A stretch of DNA of 51,370 nucleotides from Methanomassiliicoccales archaeon. Its GTDB lineage: Archaea > Thermoplasmatota > Thermoplasmata > SG8-5. The notes below the pieces were generated by a model. The model searched no databases. It was not told the origin of the DNA and saw nothing but the letters and a program-made list of their open reading frames with translations. Numbering within the stretch: the stretch's first letter is position 1; each line of letters starts with the position of its first letter. The DNA lies in the NCBI GenBank assembly GCA_030612505.1, contig JAUWNU010000003.1, positions 1 through 51,370 on the forward strand, written 5' to 3'. Of the stretch, positions 1 to 13,749 are shown in pieces. A program made the translations under genes and the position numbers.

Positions 1-1
1 A

Positions 2-3842
<3,841 letters not shown>

Positions 3843-3856
3843 GCAAAAGAAAATAA

Positions 3857-3893
3857 TGAGCTGGTCAATTGGGCCAGCTCACCTTTTCATTTT
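3857..3893 (+). terminator. Stem-loop plus T-rich tract after icd
   Basis: TGAGCTGGTC-AATTG-GGCCAGCTCA (one G-T pair) followed by CCTTTTCATTTT. Confidence 0.6.
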
Positions 3894-3920
3894 AATAATC
3901 TTGTTAATTGTATTTGTCTT

Positions 3921-3971
3921 ATTTCGAGAACTGTACAACAAATCCTTATATACATTTCGAGAAGTGTACAA
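3921..3971. promoter_or_regulatory. Direct repeat ATTTCGAGAA(C/G)TGTACAA, two copies 33 bp apart; putative operator
   Basis: Copies at 3921 and 3954 are 17/18 identical and lie ~100-150 bp upstream of the 1899-aa gene. Confidence 0.45.
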
Positions 3972-4072
3972 ATCTTTACTTATAACCTCTTTTATATTTA
4001 GTTCAATTAGCAGAGAACTTTCCCTTGTTATAAAAATGAGGAGGCAGTGGGTGCGGAAGCTTCTCTGTTGAG

Positions 4073-7000
4073 GTGAAGATGATGGATAGGAATCAAGGGA
4101 AGAAAATCTTTGAAATGAAAAGTGTGATATGGATTGTCGCAGGAATGCTGATTATTTTACCCTTTTTTGGAATTATTGGAGCTAATGAGATAGGTCAATC
4201 AACTGTCAATACTATGCCTATAATAGATGTCACAAAGACAGCTCCTGCAACTGCCAACCCCGGCGAGACCATAACCTATACTATTAATTATCAAAATATA
4301 GGGAATGACACTGCGTTTAATGTGACTGTAAATGAATTTTATCCATCTGATATCACATTCGTGGATGCAAATCCTGTCCCTGATGTGGGAATTGATACCT
4401 GGTTCATCGGAACATTGGCATCTGGCGAGTGGGGGGTTATATACATCAATGTCACGATTAACGTAAATGCCATTGGCGTATTGAACAATACGGTCTCTGT
4501 TGATTACACCAACGATACAATGACTCCCTTTGGTCCCGAATACCATAGCGCATTCACGACTATTATAGAATCAGAAATAACTCTCAATGTTACAGTGAAT
4601 AATCCAAATCCGAACCAGGGAGATACAATCACAAAAACGATCACATACGAAAACGTCGGAACAGACATAGCAGACAATGTGGTGATAACAGAAACATACC
4701 CGCCGAATCTGACCTTTATCGGCGCAGTTCCCCCTCCGAGTGCGGGTAATAATGTCTGGATAATTAGCTCTATAGCTCCTGGCGGTAGCGGAATGATTCA
4801 AATCACACTTCAGGTAGGCATGGCTATTCCAAACGGTACTGTACTCACCAACTATGTGACATGCGATTATGACCCCGGTGCCAAGCAGAGCAATGACTCG
4901 GTGGAGATAATTGTTGGAAATGCGACTGGCTCAGTCCACAATATCGACACCGGCGAATACTTCTCCACAATTCAGGAGGCTATTGATGATGCAGACACTC
5001 TGAATGGGCATACAATTGAGGTTGATGCTGGAACTTATTATGAAAACGTGTTTGTGAATAAATCACTGACACTAATTGGTGAAAATAGGGATACGACGAT
5101 TATTGATGGTGGAGGGAGTGGTGATACAATTAATATCACTACGGATTGGGTAAATGTGAGCAGATTTACAATAATTGGTAGTGGCCCTCTTTCATTTGAT
5201 ACCTTCGACTCAGGTCTAGAATCAAAAGGGAACTATACTAGCATATCTGATTGTAAGTTCTCTGAGAACGCTATTGGGATACATTTTACTACCTCTAATC
5301 ATTCGGATGTTGCCAACTGCGAATTATCCCCCGATCATTCAACAGCAATCCGTTTAAATTCCAGTTCTAATATCCTCATAGTAAATTGTAATATTTCTGA
5401 CAACTGGTATGGGGTGGTCTTGGACAATACAAACGCTAGCACAATTGAGAAATGCACCTTACTAAATAACACATATAGTATCTACTTCAAATTTTCGAAT
5501 TACAATACTATCTCCGATTGTCGCCTTCTGGATCAGACTTATGGACTTTATTTTATTTTTTCATCGGGTAATAATATAGTTACTATATGCAACATTTCTG
5601 ATTCTGAGAGGGCTGTGAGCTTTGAGGTAGATAGTTATCAAAACCTCATCTTGAACTCTAGCATCTCAAATGCTTCTTTATATGATTTTCGCATCGGGAC
5701 CGGAGGAGTACTTTTATTGAATACGACATTTAACTCTTCAAAAGTACAAATAACTTCATTATATTCAAATTTGACAGTTCAGTGGTATTTACACATATAT
5801 GTAAACGATTCCTTTGACACTTTAGTTTCTGGGGGCCAGGTAGAGGTGGAGGATATAAATGAAAACCAAGTATTCACAGGAGTAACGGACATATCTGGAT
5901 ACTGTCGTTGGGTAATCTGTACTGAATATACCCAGAATTCTACTACTAAGAAATACTACACCCCTCACAAAGCTCATGTATGGAACACTACGCACCAGGG
6001 ATATGCCTATCCAAACATGGATATTTCAAAGAGGGTCACAGTTACTATCACTCCTTTACCAAAACCCGTCCGTAACATTGACACAGACGAATACTTCAAT
6101 GAAATCCAGGAAGCCATTGATGATTCTGATACTTTGAATGGCCACACAATCGAGGTCAGTGCCGGAACCTATAGTGAGAATGTTTTTGTGAATAAACAGC
6201 TGACTCTTGTTGGTGAAGACAGAAATACAACAACCATAGACGGTGGCGGAGTCGGTGATGTTGTACATGTCTTTGTGGATGGAGTAATTATTTCCGGTTT
6301 TACTATAACAAACAGTGGAAACCCAGGAGATTCAGGCATTTATGTTAACCAAGCTAGTAATTGTCAGTTTTTATACAACAATTTGTGGGACAATTATTAC
6401 GGAATATTAATCGAGTACTGCTCAAATAATACAGTATCTTATTCTAATTTCATTTCAAACGAACACGGCCTAAAATTTGTTGGCACTGTTATGGGCGGCA
6501 TACCTAAATTCAACACAATATCACACAATATATTTGAGAACATTGGCTATGGCTTGTGGTTGTCCCCCTCACAAAACAGTACAATAATTAATAACACCTG
6601 TACCGGCAATAATGTGGGCGTACTATTTCAGGCAGGGTCTAATTACAACACATTTTCAAATAACATTATCTCCTCAAATAGCCAGAATGGTATTTATTTG
6701 GGAGGAGACGCCAATAATACATTTACTAACAATAACATTTCATATAACAACATAGGCGTTAACTTGGAGAACCTGTTTTCAATGTGTAATACTTTTTATC
6801 ACAATAATTTCATAGGCAACACTGTTCACGCACTGGACAATACCGTAAATTATTGGGATAATGGCTACCCCTCTGGCGGAAATTACTGGAGTGATTACAC
6901 TGGCTCGGATGTTTATTCTGGCCCCGGACAGGATATTCCGGGCAGCGATGGCATAGGTGACACGCCTTATCTCGGAATAACTGGTGTTGCAGGAAACCTG

Positions 7001-9772
7001 GACAATTATCCATTATGGCAACCCACGGCAGAGGAAAGGCCAGTGGCAGTGGCAGAACCCAATAGCCAGACAACTTATGTTAGCTTAAGCGTCGGCTTTT
7101 CAGGCAACCTGTCCTTTGATTCTGATGGTTCCATTGTTTCGTACCTATGGAATTTTGGTGATGGAACAACCGGTGCAGGCAGCACCGCCACCCATGTATA
7201 CAATATATCTGGAAACTACACGGTAACCTTGACAGTGATTGACAATGACGGGCTGACAGACACTGACACTTGCATGGTTACTGTATATGGCTTCCAGGCT
7301 CCGGTAGCCATTGCCAGCCCGGATTATCAGATGATACTTAATGGAGAACTCCCTCTTGATGCGGCGATTTTTAATGCTAGCCTGTCCTATGACCCCGACG
7401 GAACCTTAGTCTCTTATCTATGGAATTTCGGTGATGGTCACACCGGTTCAGGAGAATTCACATCCCATGTTTACACGACAACCGGAAATTATACTGTGAC
7501 TTTGACTGTAACGGACAATGATGGCCTCACCGACACCGATACCTGCATTGTAAGCGTAGTCGGAGTGCAGCCGCCAGTCTCCATTGTGAAACCTGCATAC
7601 CAGGAAGTTGGAATCGGAGAAAATGCCACATTCTATTGCAAGGACTCCTATGACCCGGACGGCGTAATCCTGACATTTGAGTGGGCTTTCGGGGATGGTG
7701 AAATCTTTACCTCCACTTTATTCAGCAACGTGAACCATTCCTACAATGTCTCTGGAAATTACTCAGTAACATTAATGGTCTATGACAATGACGGGTTCAA
7801 TGACACCGATACTTGTACAGTGCGTGTAATTGGTATTCAGGTTCCAGTGGCAGTTGCGGCTCCTGATGCCCAGGAAATAATGGTCGATGAAAACGCATAT
7901 TTCTTCGCTAATCAATCCTTTGATATGGATGGCATAATCACAGGCTATTACTGGAACTACGGTGACGGCCACACTGGAACTGGCATCGCAGTGAATCACA
8001 GCTATTCGACATCCGGCTTTTACACAGTCATACTAACCGTGATGGACAATGACGGTCTCACTGGCACCACAATATGTTATGTGAATGTAACTGGCCTGAG
8101 CATACCTGTGGCCATAATAGAGCCAAGCTATCAAGAATGGCAGATAGGCGAAGTAGCGATATTTGATGGAAATCTTTCCTATGACCCTGACGGTGTGATA
8201 GTGACATATGAGTGGGACTTCGGGGATGGTCAGACCGGGATTGGTCCGATACAGGCCCACATTTACTCTTTACCTGGAAATTATACGGTGACCCTTACGG
8301 TTACTGACAATGATGGACAGACAGATACTGACACCAGCATAGTAATAATCATAGATTCCGCTCCGCCGGCGATATATGATGTCATGGTGGCACCGTCCGA
8401 ACCTAATAACAGGGCCAGAATTACGATACTATGCAGGGTCACTGACAATGTGGATATTGCCTCGGTCACACTTTCCTATCTCCACAATGGCACAGACTGG
8501 GTAACACTTCCAATGGCCAATGATGTATCCCAAGTATATCATGTGATATTCGGCCCGGTGAATCAGAATTTCACTTTCTATATCAATGTCACGGACACCA
8601 GTGGAAATGTGGCCTCCTATTCGGATGATGTGGTGGTCAGAACAGTTACGATAGAAACTACAGGGGAAGTTCCAGATGATGTAGGAAGTGGCTCAGAGGT
8701 TCATATCACAGGAACTGTATACGTGGATGGCGAGCTTAATGGAACTGGCTTCACAATTGTCATTCTCATTGACGGCGAAATTGTTGATAGTTGTGTTGTA
8801 CAGGAGGATGGAAGTTATAGCCTAGCCTTCATCCTACCTTCAGGAGGTTCTGCTGATTCTGTCCTTGAGATACAGTTACTGGACACTATCAGTGGGGAGG
8901 TGCTGCCCATAAGTTCATTTATCATTCCGGGAGAACAGCCGTTCCCATGGTTTATGATAATGATCGGTTCGATAATCTGTGCCTCTGCGGCTCTTGGTCT
9001 GGCCACCGAAGTTGGGAAGTTCAGTATATTGCTCTTTTTCCTGCCATTGTACACGAAGCTGAAGAAGGACGAGGTACTGGACACTTACACCAGGGGAAAG
9101 ATTCACGGTTACATCATGGCAAATCCCGGAGAACATTACAATGCTATAAAGAGGGCTCTTGGAATGAATAATGGCTCTCTGGCCTATCATCTTAATGTTC
9201 TCGAGAAAGAGGATTTAGTCAAGTCCAAAACTAATGGAATGTACAAGAGATTCTATCCCAAGGACATGATTCTCCCCAATGGGGGTCCCATATATCTCAC
9301 TGAAGCTCAGAAACTCATAATCAAGAACATCGAAGAAACACCTGGCATATCTCAGAAGGACATTGCCGCATTGCTGGGCATCAGTGCTTCCACTGTCAAC
9401 TATCACATAACCAGATTGGTTGAGATGAACGCGGTGAGAACCGAGAGAAAAGGAATTGGTGTGAAATATTACAAAACCCCCATGTCCCTTGACCATTTTG
9501 TGGCAGTAACATCTGCCCCGTCTCACCCTCCTGCGCAGCCAATGCCAGAAGAGCCACAATCGAAAGCAGTGGAGAGTATTGACTGCCCAAACTGTGAAAT
9601 GTTAATAGAGCCAGACATGAAGAATTGTCCATTTTGCGACCATACTCTGGAATCAGAGGACCCGGAAACCCAGAAAAAAAGGGAATTCCTTGAAAGGTTG
9701 GATAAGGCCTACAAGGAAGGAAGGATATCCGAATCTGCATATCAGAAAAACAGGGAAAAGTTTGGAAGTTGA
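4073..9772 (+). CDS. Giant membrane-anchored protein: signal peptide, 2x DUF11-like, 2x NosD/pectin-lyase beta-helix, 5x PKD, Ig-like, TM helix, cytoplasmic tandem winged-HTH, zinc ribbon, SHOCT-like tail
   Basis: PGETITYTINYQNIG; two VxNIDTxEYFxxIQEAIDD units; GGNYWSDY..DGIGDTPY; five SYDxDG..WxFGDG..YTVTLTVxDNDG-like repeats; TM FPWFMIMIGSIICASAALGLA; wHTH RGKIHGYIMANPG..LAYHLNVLEK and ISQKDIAALLGISASTVNYHI; CPNC..CPFC. Confidence 0.85.
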   Translation: MKMMDRNQGKKIFEMKSVIWIVAGMLIILPFFGIIGANEIGQSTVNTMPIIDVTKTAPATANPGETITYTINYQNIGNDTAFNVTVNEFYPSDITFVDANPVPDVGIDTWFIGTLASGEWGVIYINVTINVNAIGVLNNTVSVDYTNDTMTPFGPEYHSAFTTIIESEITLNVTVNNPNPNQGDTITKTITYENVGTDIADNVVITETYPPNLTFIGAVPPPSAGNNVWIISSIAPGGSGMIQITLQVGMAIPNGTVLTNYVTCDYDPGAKQSNDSVEIIVGNATGSVHNIDTGEYFSTIQEAIDDADTLNGHTIEVDAGTYYENVFVNKSLTLIGENRDTTIIDGGGSGDTINITTDWVNVSRFTIIGSGPLSFDTFDSGLESKGNYTSISDCKFSENAIGIHFTTSNHSDVANCELSPDHSTAIRLNSSSNILIVNCNISDNWYGVVLDNTNASTIEKCTLLNNTYSIYFKFSNYNTISDCRLLDQTYGLYFIFSSGNNIVTICNISDSERAVSFEVDSYQNLILNSSISNASLYDFRIGTGGVLLLNTTFNSSKVQITSLYSNLTVQWYLHIYVNDSFDTLVSGGQVEVEDINENQVFTGVTDISGYCRWVICTEYTQNSTTKKYYTPHKAHVWNTTHQGYAYPNMDISKRVTVTITPLPKPVRNIDTDEYFNEIQEAIDDSDTLNGHTIEVSAGTYSENVFVNKQLTLVGEDRNTTTIDGGGVGDVVHVFVDGVIISGFTITNSGNPGDSGIYVNQASNCQFLYNNLWDNYYGILIEYCSNNTVSYSNFISNEHGLKFVGTVMGGIPKFNTISHNIFENIGYGLWLSPSQNSTIINNTCTGNNVGVLFQAGSNYNTFSNNIISSNSQNGIYLGGDANNTFTNNNISYNNIGVNLENLFSMCNTFYHNNFIGNTVHALDNTVNYWDNGYPSGGNYWSDYTGSDVYSGPGQDIPGSDGIGDTPYLGITGVAGNLDNYPLWQPTAEERPVAVAEPNSQTTYVSLSVGFSGNLSFDSDGSIVSYLWNFGDGTTGAGSTATHVYNISGNYTVTLTVIDNDGLTDTDTCMVTVYGFQAPVAIASPDYQMILNGELPLDAAIFNASLSYDPDGTLVSYLWNFGDGHTGSGEFTSHVYTTTGNYTVTLTVTDNDGLTDTDTCIVSVVGVQPPVSIVKPAYQEVGIGENATFYCKDSYDPDGVILTFEWAFGDGEIFTSTLFSNVNHSYNVSGNYSVTLMVYDNDGFNDTDTCTVRVIGIQVPVAVAAPDAQEIMVDENAYFFANQSFDMDGIITGYYWNYGDGHTGTGIAVNHSYSTSGFYTVILTVMDNDGLTGTTICYVNVTGLSIPVAIIEPSYQEWQIGEVAIFDGNLSYDPDGVIVTYEWDFGDGQTGIGPIQAHIYSLPGNYTVTLTVTDNDGQTDTDTSIVIIIDSAPPAIYDVMVAPSEPNNRARITILCRVTDNVDIASVTLSYLHNGTDWVTLPMANDVSQVYHVIFGPVNQNFTFYINVTDTSGNVASYSDDVVVRTVTIETTGEVPDDVGSGSEVHITGTVYVDGELNGTGFTIVILIDGEIVDSCVVQEDGSYSLAFILPSGGSADSVLEIQLLDTISGEVLPISSFIIPGEQPFPWFMIMIGSIICASAALGLATEVGKFSILLFFLPLYTKLKKDEVLDTYTRGKIHGYIMANPGEHYNAIKRALGMNNGSLAYHLNVLEKEDLVKSKTNGMYKRFYPKDMILPNGGPIYLTEAQKLIIKNIEETPGISQKDIAALLGISASTVNYHITRLVEMNAVRTERKGIGVKYYKTPMSLDHFVAVTSAPSHPPAQPMPEEPQSKAVESIDCPNCEMLIEPDMKNCPFCDHTLESEDPETQKKREFLERLDKAYKEGRISESAYQKNREKFGS

Positions 9773-9821
9773 ACGTGATTTCGGGAAAACCATTAATATT
9801 ACTGCCAGCCATATCTGGTTC

Positions 9822-10856
9822 GTGACCAGCAAAGGCCTTGAGAAGAAAGCCAAGCTTCTGGAAATAGGGGAGATTTATATTCCCAGGGAGGTAAACATGC
9901 CTTGTTTTGCAAGCCGTTCCACTGCAGGTCCGGATGCTGGCGCCTCTTCCTATGCTTTCATTTTTGAGGATATGCGAATAAAGCTTGAGACAACAAAGAA
10001 CCATGACGCAGCTTTGAGGCTGGTTCAGAACAATGATAATTTCAGCATATTTCTGGACACTGATAAATACATCGAGGATGTGAAGGTCTTACCTCTACTG
10101 GCCCATGCTCCCAATCAGACTTTTATGAACTTAAGCAGCAAATGCATAATGAACTGCGCTTTCTGCACAACTGTGGAACTCCTTAGAGGCAATGGCGGAG
10201 ATATGACCACTGAACGTGTGCTAAAAATAATCCGCATAAATGCCAAGCACCCAAGTTTCGAAGCTATTGCCCTGACCAGCGGCATTCCAGACTCAGTTGC
10301 CGAAACAAATATGCGAATGGTGGATATGATTAAAGCAATAAGAGCTGAATTCCCTAATGTCCCAATAGGTGCAGAGGCCTATTTCGAAGATGTCCAGTGC
10401 ATACAGCGAATGAAGGATGCCGGTGCCGATGAGATAAAGATAAACATAGAGACATGGCCCCTGGACCTGTTCAAGAAAATATGCCCCAATAGAGACCGCG
10501 ATAAAACACTGGCAGCCCTGGAAGAAGCCGTCAAAATATTCGGAAGAAACAAGGTTCAGACCAATTTCATCATCGGTCTGGGGGAAACAGATGATGACAT
10601 AATCGATGCCCTGAAAAAGCTCAGCCACATGGGCGTGGTGGTGAATATCAGAGGCATAAGGCTTGGAAATCTTAATCGGGAAAGGCTGGAAAAGGCACTT
10701 GGCAAGGTTCCCCAGAGAGTTTCAGCAGAGCGATTGATAAAGCTGGCCAAGGTCCATAGAAATATTCTGGAAATGAACCATCTGACAACTGATAGTTTCA
10801 AAACAATGTGCTTTTCCTGTGAATGCTGTGATATAATGCCTATGCAGGATTTATAA
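9822..10856 (+). CDS. Radical SAM protein (biotin-synthase-like fold, function unknown)
   Basis: CxxxCxxC (CIMNCAFC), LTSG, NIET, IIGLGET and C-terminal CFSCECC. GTG at 9822 preferred over the ORF start 9690, which overlaps the previous gene. Confidence 0.85.
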   Translation: MTSKGLEKKAKLLEIGEIYIPREVNMPCFASRSTAGPDAGASSYAFIFEDMRIKLETTKNHDAALRLVQNNDNFSIFLDTDKYIEDVKVLPLLAHAPNQTFMNLSSKCIMNCAFCTTVELLRGNGGDMTTERVLKIIRINAKHPSFEAIALTSGIPDSVAETNMRMVDMIKAIRAEFPNVPIGAEAYFEDVQCIQRMKDAGADEIKINIETWPLDLFKKICPNRDRDKTLAALEEAVKIFGRNKVQTNFIIGLGETDDDIIDALKKLSHMGVVVNIRGIRLGNLNRERLEKALGKVPQRVSAERLIKLAKVHRNILEMNHLTTDSFKTMCFSCECCDIMPMQDL

Positions 10857-10920
10857 GTGCTTTTTCTTTGAGGCTCAGAACTGCGCTGGCTTACCCTCCG
10901 CAATCGTTTATTTTACGCAA

Positions 10921-11125
10921 GTGTGATTGCGGGCCTATGATATTCTACTAGCATATTGCTTTCAGTCATACCAGGTAGGGTTCTACATTAGTTTTTATTT
11001 AGACATCGAACCCAACAATTGTTTTCAGGTTGTTTCGAGCAGTATGGCATTAGATTTAAGTTGAATATGTTGCCATGCCATTGTCGAATTCTCTGTTTGG
11101 ACTATTATGTAAGGCGAATTCAACT
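10921..11125. repeat. Dispersed non-coding repeat, copy A (partner at 36706-36910)
   Basis: Manual alignment gives ~138/180 identities with one gap; shared core AGCAGTATGGCATTRGATTTAA...ATATGTTGCCATGCCATTGTCGAAT. Confidence 0.85.
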
Positions 11126-13074
11126 TACCAGTCTATTATCCATATCGTGTCTGCCGGCACGTGAACCCAATACCCTTCACCAGGCTTCATAATATAGGTT
11201 GCTTCAACCTCATCAATCAGATACGGTGAGCTTGCATTGAAAACCTCTACACGGTCTGCACCAGTGCCCCACAAAGCGTTTCCTACAGTTTCTGTGTTCA
11301 GTGAGGGATAACTAACAAGATTCCAACCAGCATGTAGATTGATAGTAGTGGAGGATGGTAAAACACCGCTTACTGTTAAGGTCACATTCGGCTCGGTGAT
11401 GTTAATCCAGAAGCCCATAGTGTTATCGATGTCAGCCAAGTCATTGGTTGAAGCACCTACACGATAGGTCTTCCAGGGGTCGGCACTATCAGTATTGTCA
11501 TGATATTTCACAACATTCCATTTGCCAGTAATGTTCTCCAGAACTTTATCTATTGATTCGTCTCTTTGAATCAATGGTGTTGAAATCAAGTTCCAGCCAG
11601 GGGATAAAGGTATACTGAATATCTGAGGTGGCATCCAGGGTTTTATAAATGGATAATTGTCTTGGCTATCTCCGTCAATTATGTATGGCGTATCTCCAAT
11701 TCCATCTGATGGGGGTACATCTTGGGTTGCTGTGCTATTGAAGTCCACGCCATTGTAATCAGACCAGTAGTTCCCACCATCTGGATAGCCGTTGTCCCAA
11801 AAATTGACATTATCGTCAAATGCCTGGATTGTATTATTGATTATATTGTTAAAGAAGATAAGATTGTTGACTGAGGTCATGAGGTGGAAGCCAATGACGT
11901 TCGAAAATATTGTGTTGTTGGTGATAGTGTTGTTAAGGGAAGCATAGAGACCAAGCCCATAATTGTTGTTTGATGCGGAATTGTTGATTATCGTATTGTT
12001 ATTTGACCATCCGATATCAATGCCATTTCCCGTGTTCGGAACATCGTTATTTGCGATTCTATTATTATTTGAATACCCAAGAGAAATGCCGACCTCATTA
12101 TTCCACGATACCGTATTATTACTGAGAATATTGTTATCAGAAAATGTCATACGTATGCCAACGTCGCCGTCAGATATGGTATTATTAGCAATAATATTAC
12201 CATCCGAAATATCAAGGCTGAAGACAATGGATGTATTTCCAGACATTCCACCTGAAACAGTGTTGGTGATGATAGAATTGTTATTGGATGAGGAAAGAAA
12301 AATCCCAGATTTATTGACAAAATTATTCATAATAATATTATCATTTGCAGATGAAAGGTAAATGCCAATATTAACATTCGAGAAAGCTGAGTTGTTTGTC
12401 AGCGTATTGTTGCTGGATTGGATAAGAAAAATGCCCCTGCCGTTCAAGGAAACGTTGTTATTGGATATGGTATTGTAGTTGGAGCGTCCGATGCTGCTGA
12501 TGGCAAATCCAAGATAAATGCCTTCAAAGTTATTCAAGGCGGTATTGTTGGTAATTGTAATATTGAGAGATGAGGCAAGGGCTATTCCACTATGGTCGTT
12601 AAATGATGCAGTGTTGTTGTTGATATTATTGTCATGACATTCGTAAATGTATATTCCATAACCATTATTCGAGGCGATGTTATTCCATAAAGTGCCATTC
12701 ATGACATTATTCATAGCAAATCCAGAGTTAGGGTGGTATGGTGCAAGACCAAATCCTCTGGCATTGTAGAGAGAGCAGTTTCTTATCACGAAATGCTCGG
12801 TCGTATTTCCAACGTAGATACAATAACCATATCCAGTTCCATTAATTTCGTAATTCTCAATTATCCAAGGGCTGATGAGACTTCCATCCCCGGAAGTTGC
12901 AATACCAGGGAAATCAGCATTGGAATCAATTCTGATTGGTGCATGGGGGGTGTAGTTTATTCTATTGGTATCTTCTGGTATTTCGCCAGTAGTCAAAGAT
13001 AAAGGCATAACCAAGCTTAAAAATACAAAAAATGCGACTGCACCCACAACCTTGGAACTGTGCTTGCTTCCCAT
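11125..13074 (-). CDS. Secreted NosD/right-handed beta-helix repeat protein with C-terminal GWNLIS-type surface domain
   Basis: Signal peptide, HAPIRID, many GIxLxxSxNNxIxNN repeats, GGNYWSDY..DGIGDTPY, two GWNL(I/V)S repeats, PGEGYWVH. Confidence 0.85.
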   Translation of the reverse strand: MGSKHSSKVVGAVAFFVFLSLVMPLSLTTGEIPEDTNRINYTPHAPIRIDSNADFPGIATSGDGSLISPWIIENYEINGTGYGYCIYVGNTTEHFVIRNCSLYNARGFGLAPYHPNSGFAMNNVMNGTLWNNIASNNGYGIYIYECHDNNINNNTASFNDHSGIALASSLNITITNNTALNNFEGIYLGFAISSIGRSNYNTISNNNVSLNGRGIFLIQSSNNTLTNNSAFSNVNIGIYLSSANDNIIMNNFVNKSGIFLSSSNNNSIITNTVSGGMSGNTSIVFSLDISDGNIIANNTISDGDVGIRMTFSDNNILSNNTVSWNNEVGISLGYSNNNRIANNDVPNTGNGIDIGWSNNNTIINNSASNNNYGLGLYASLNNTITNNTIFSNVIGFHLMTSVNNLIFFNNIINNTIQAFDDNVNFWDNGYPDGGNYWSDYNGVDFNSTATQDVPPSDGIGDTPYIIDGDSQDNYPFIKPWMPPQIFSIPLSPGWNLISTPLIQRDESIDKVLENITGKWNVVKYHDNTDSADPWKTYRVGASTNDLADIDNTMGFWINITEPNVTLTVSGVLPSSTTINLHAGWNLVSYPSLNTETVGNALWGTGADRVEVFNASSPYLIDEVEATYIMKPGEGYWVHVPADTIWIIDW

Positions 13075-13106
13075 TATCCAATCTCCATAGAAAAGATTCT
13101 CATGAT

Positions 13107-13135
13107 ACTATATAAATCTATAGTGGTTATAACCA
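13107..13135 (-). promoter_or_regulatory. TATA-like box with overlapping palindromes upstream of the beta-helix gene
   Basis: Minus-strand TTTATATA ~35-40 bp before the ATG, inside ACTATA-N6-TATAGT and next to the perfect palindrome TGGTTATAACCA (13124-13135); GGAG RBS. Confidence 0.4.
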
Positions 13136-13388
13136 TTAAATAATCAACATGGGCATTACTAACAATAATGCTATTATGATTGAAGCCCACAGTTTTTCTC
13201 TCATCAATAGTGAAATGAAGTTACTGGCGTTTAATTGTTTTGGTTATGGTACTAATTAATCCTTTCATTCCAAAAATGATCGTCGTGCACCGTCATTTTT
13301 CGTTAAGCTGGCGTAATAACGACAGCTTTGGAAAAATAGGTCGTACGACTGCCTCACAGTTGAAGTATTCTGGCACAGCCAGATAACT

Positions 13389-13688
13389 TCAATTTTCTCT
13401 CCACTTATGTTTACATTTTACACACTGATATATACGGGTCTCGGGTTCATCGGCCGCCCTCATCTGCCTCAGCACCCAGAATGCCATATTATGCCCGCAT
13501 TTGGGGCATTCGGCCTTTGTTTTAGGTAGCGTCTCGGTGTTCTCGTCAATGACTAAAATTTCCTTGTCCTCATTCCTCTTTGTAACTATGCATTCTTTGC
13601 CAGTGGCATCACACAGATACCCGCATTTCTTGCATATCCACTTACCTTCCGAGGGTGTCATCATTGACTTACATTTTTTGCAGAACAT
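13389..13688 (-). CDS. tfs: Archaeal transcription factor S (TFS/RpoM family)
   Basis: MFCKKC..CKKC N-terminal Zn ribbon; C-terminal CPKC..QMRAADEPETRIYQCVKC with the acidic DE hairpin; 99 aa from ATG 13688. Confidence 0.93.
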   Translation of the reverse strand: MFCKKCKSMMTPSEGKWICKKCGYLCDATGKECIVTKRNEDKEILVIDENTETLPKTKAECPKCGHNMAFWVLRQMRAADEPETRIYQCVKCKHKWREN

Positions 13689-13749
13689 GTTTGCACCTAC
13701 AATTACCCTATTACTGTCTTGGATAAAAAGATTGCTGGTTATTATTGCT

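Noticed and set aside
9690-9821. Listed N-terminal extension of the radical SAM ORF
   Set aside because: Overlaps the 3' end of the 1899-aa gene; GTG 9822 gives a typical domain start
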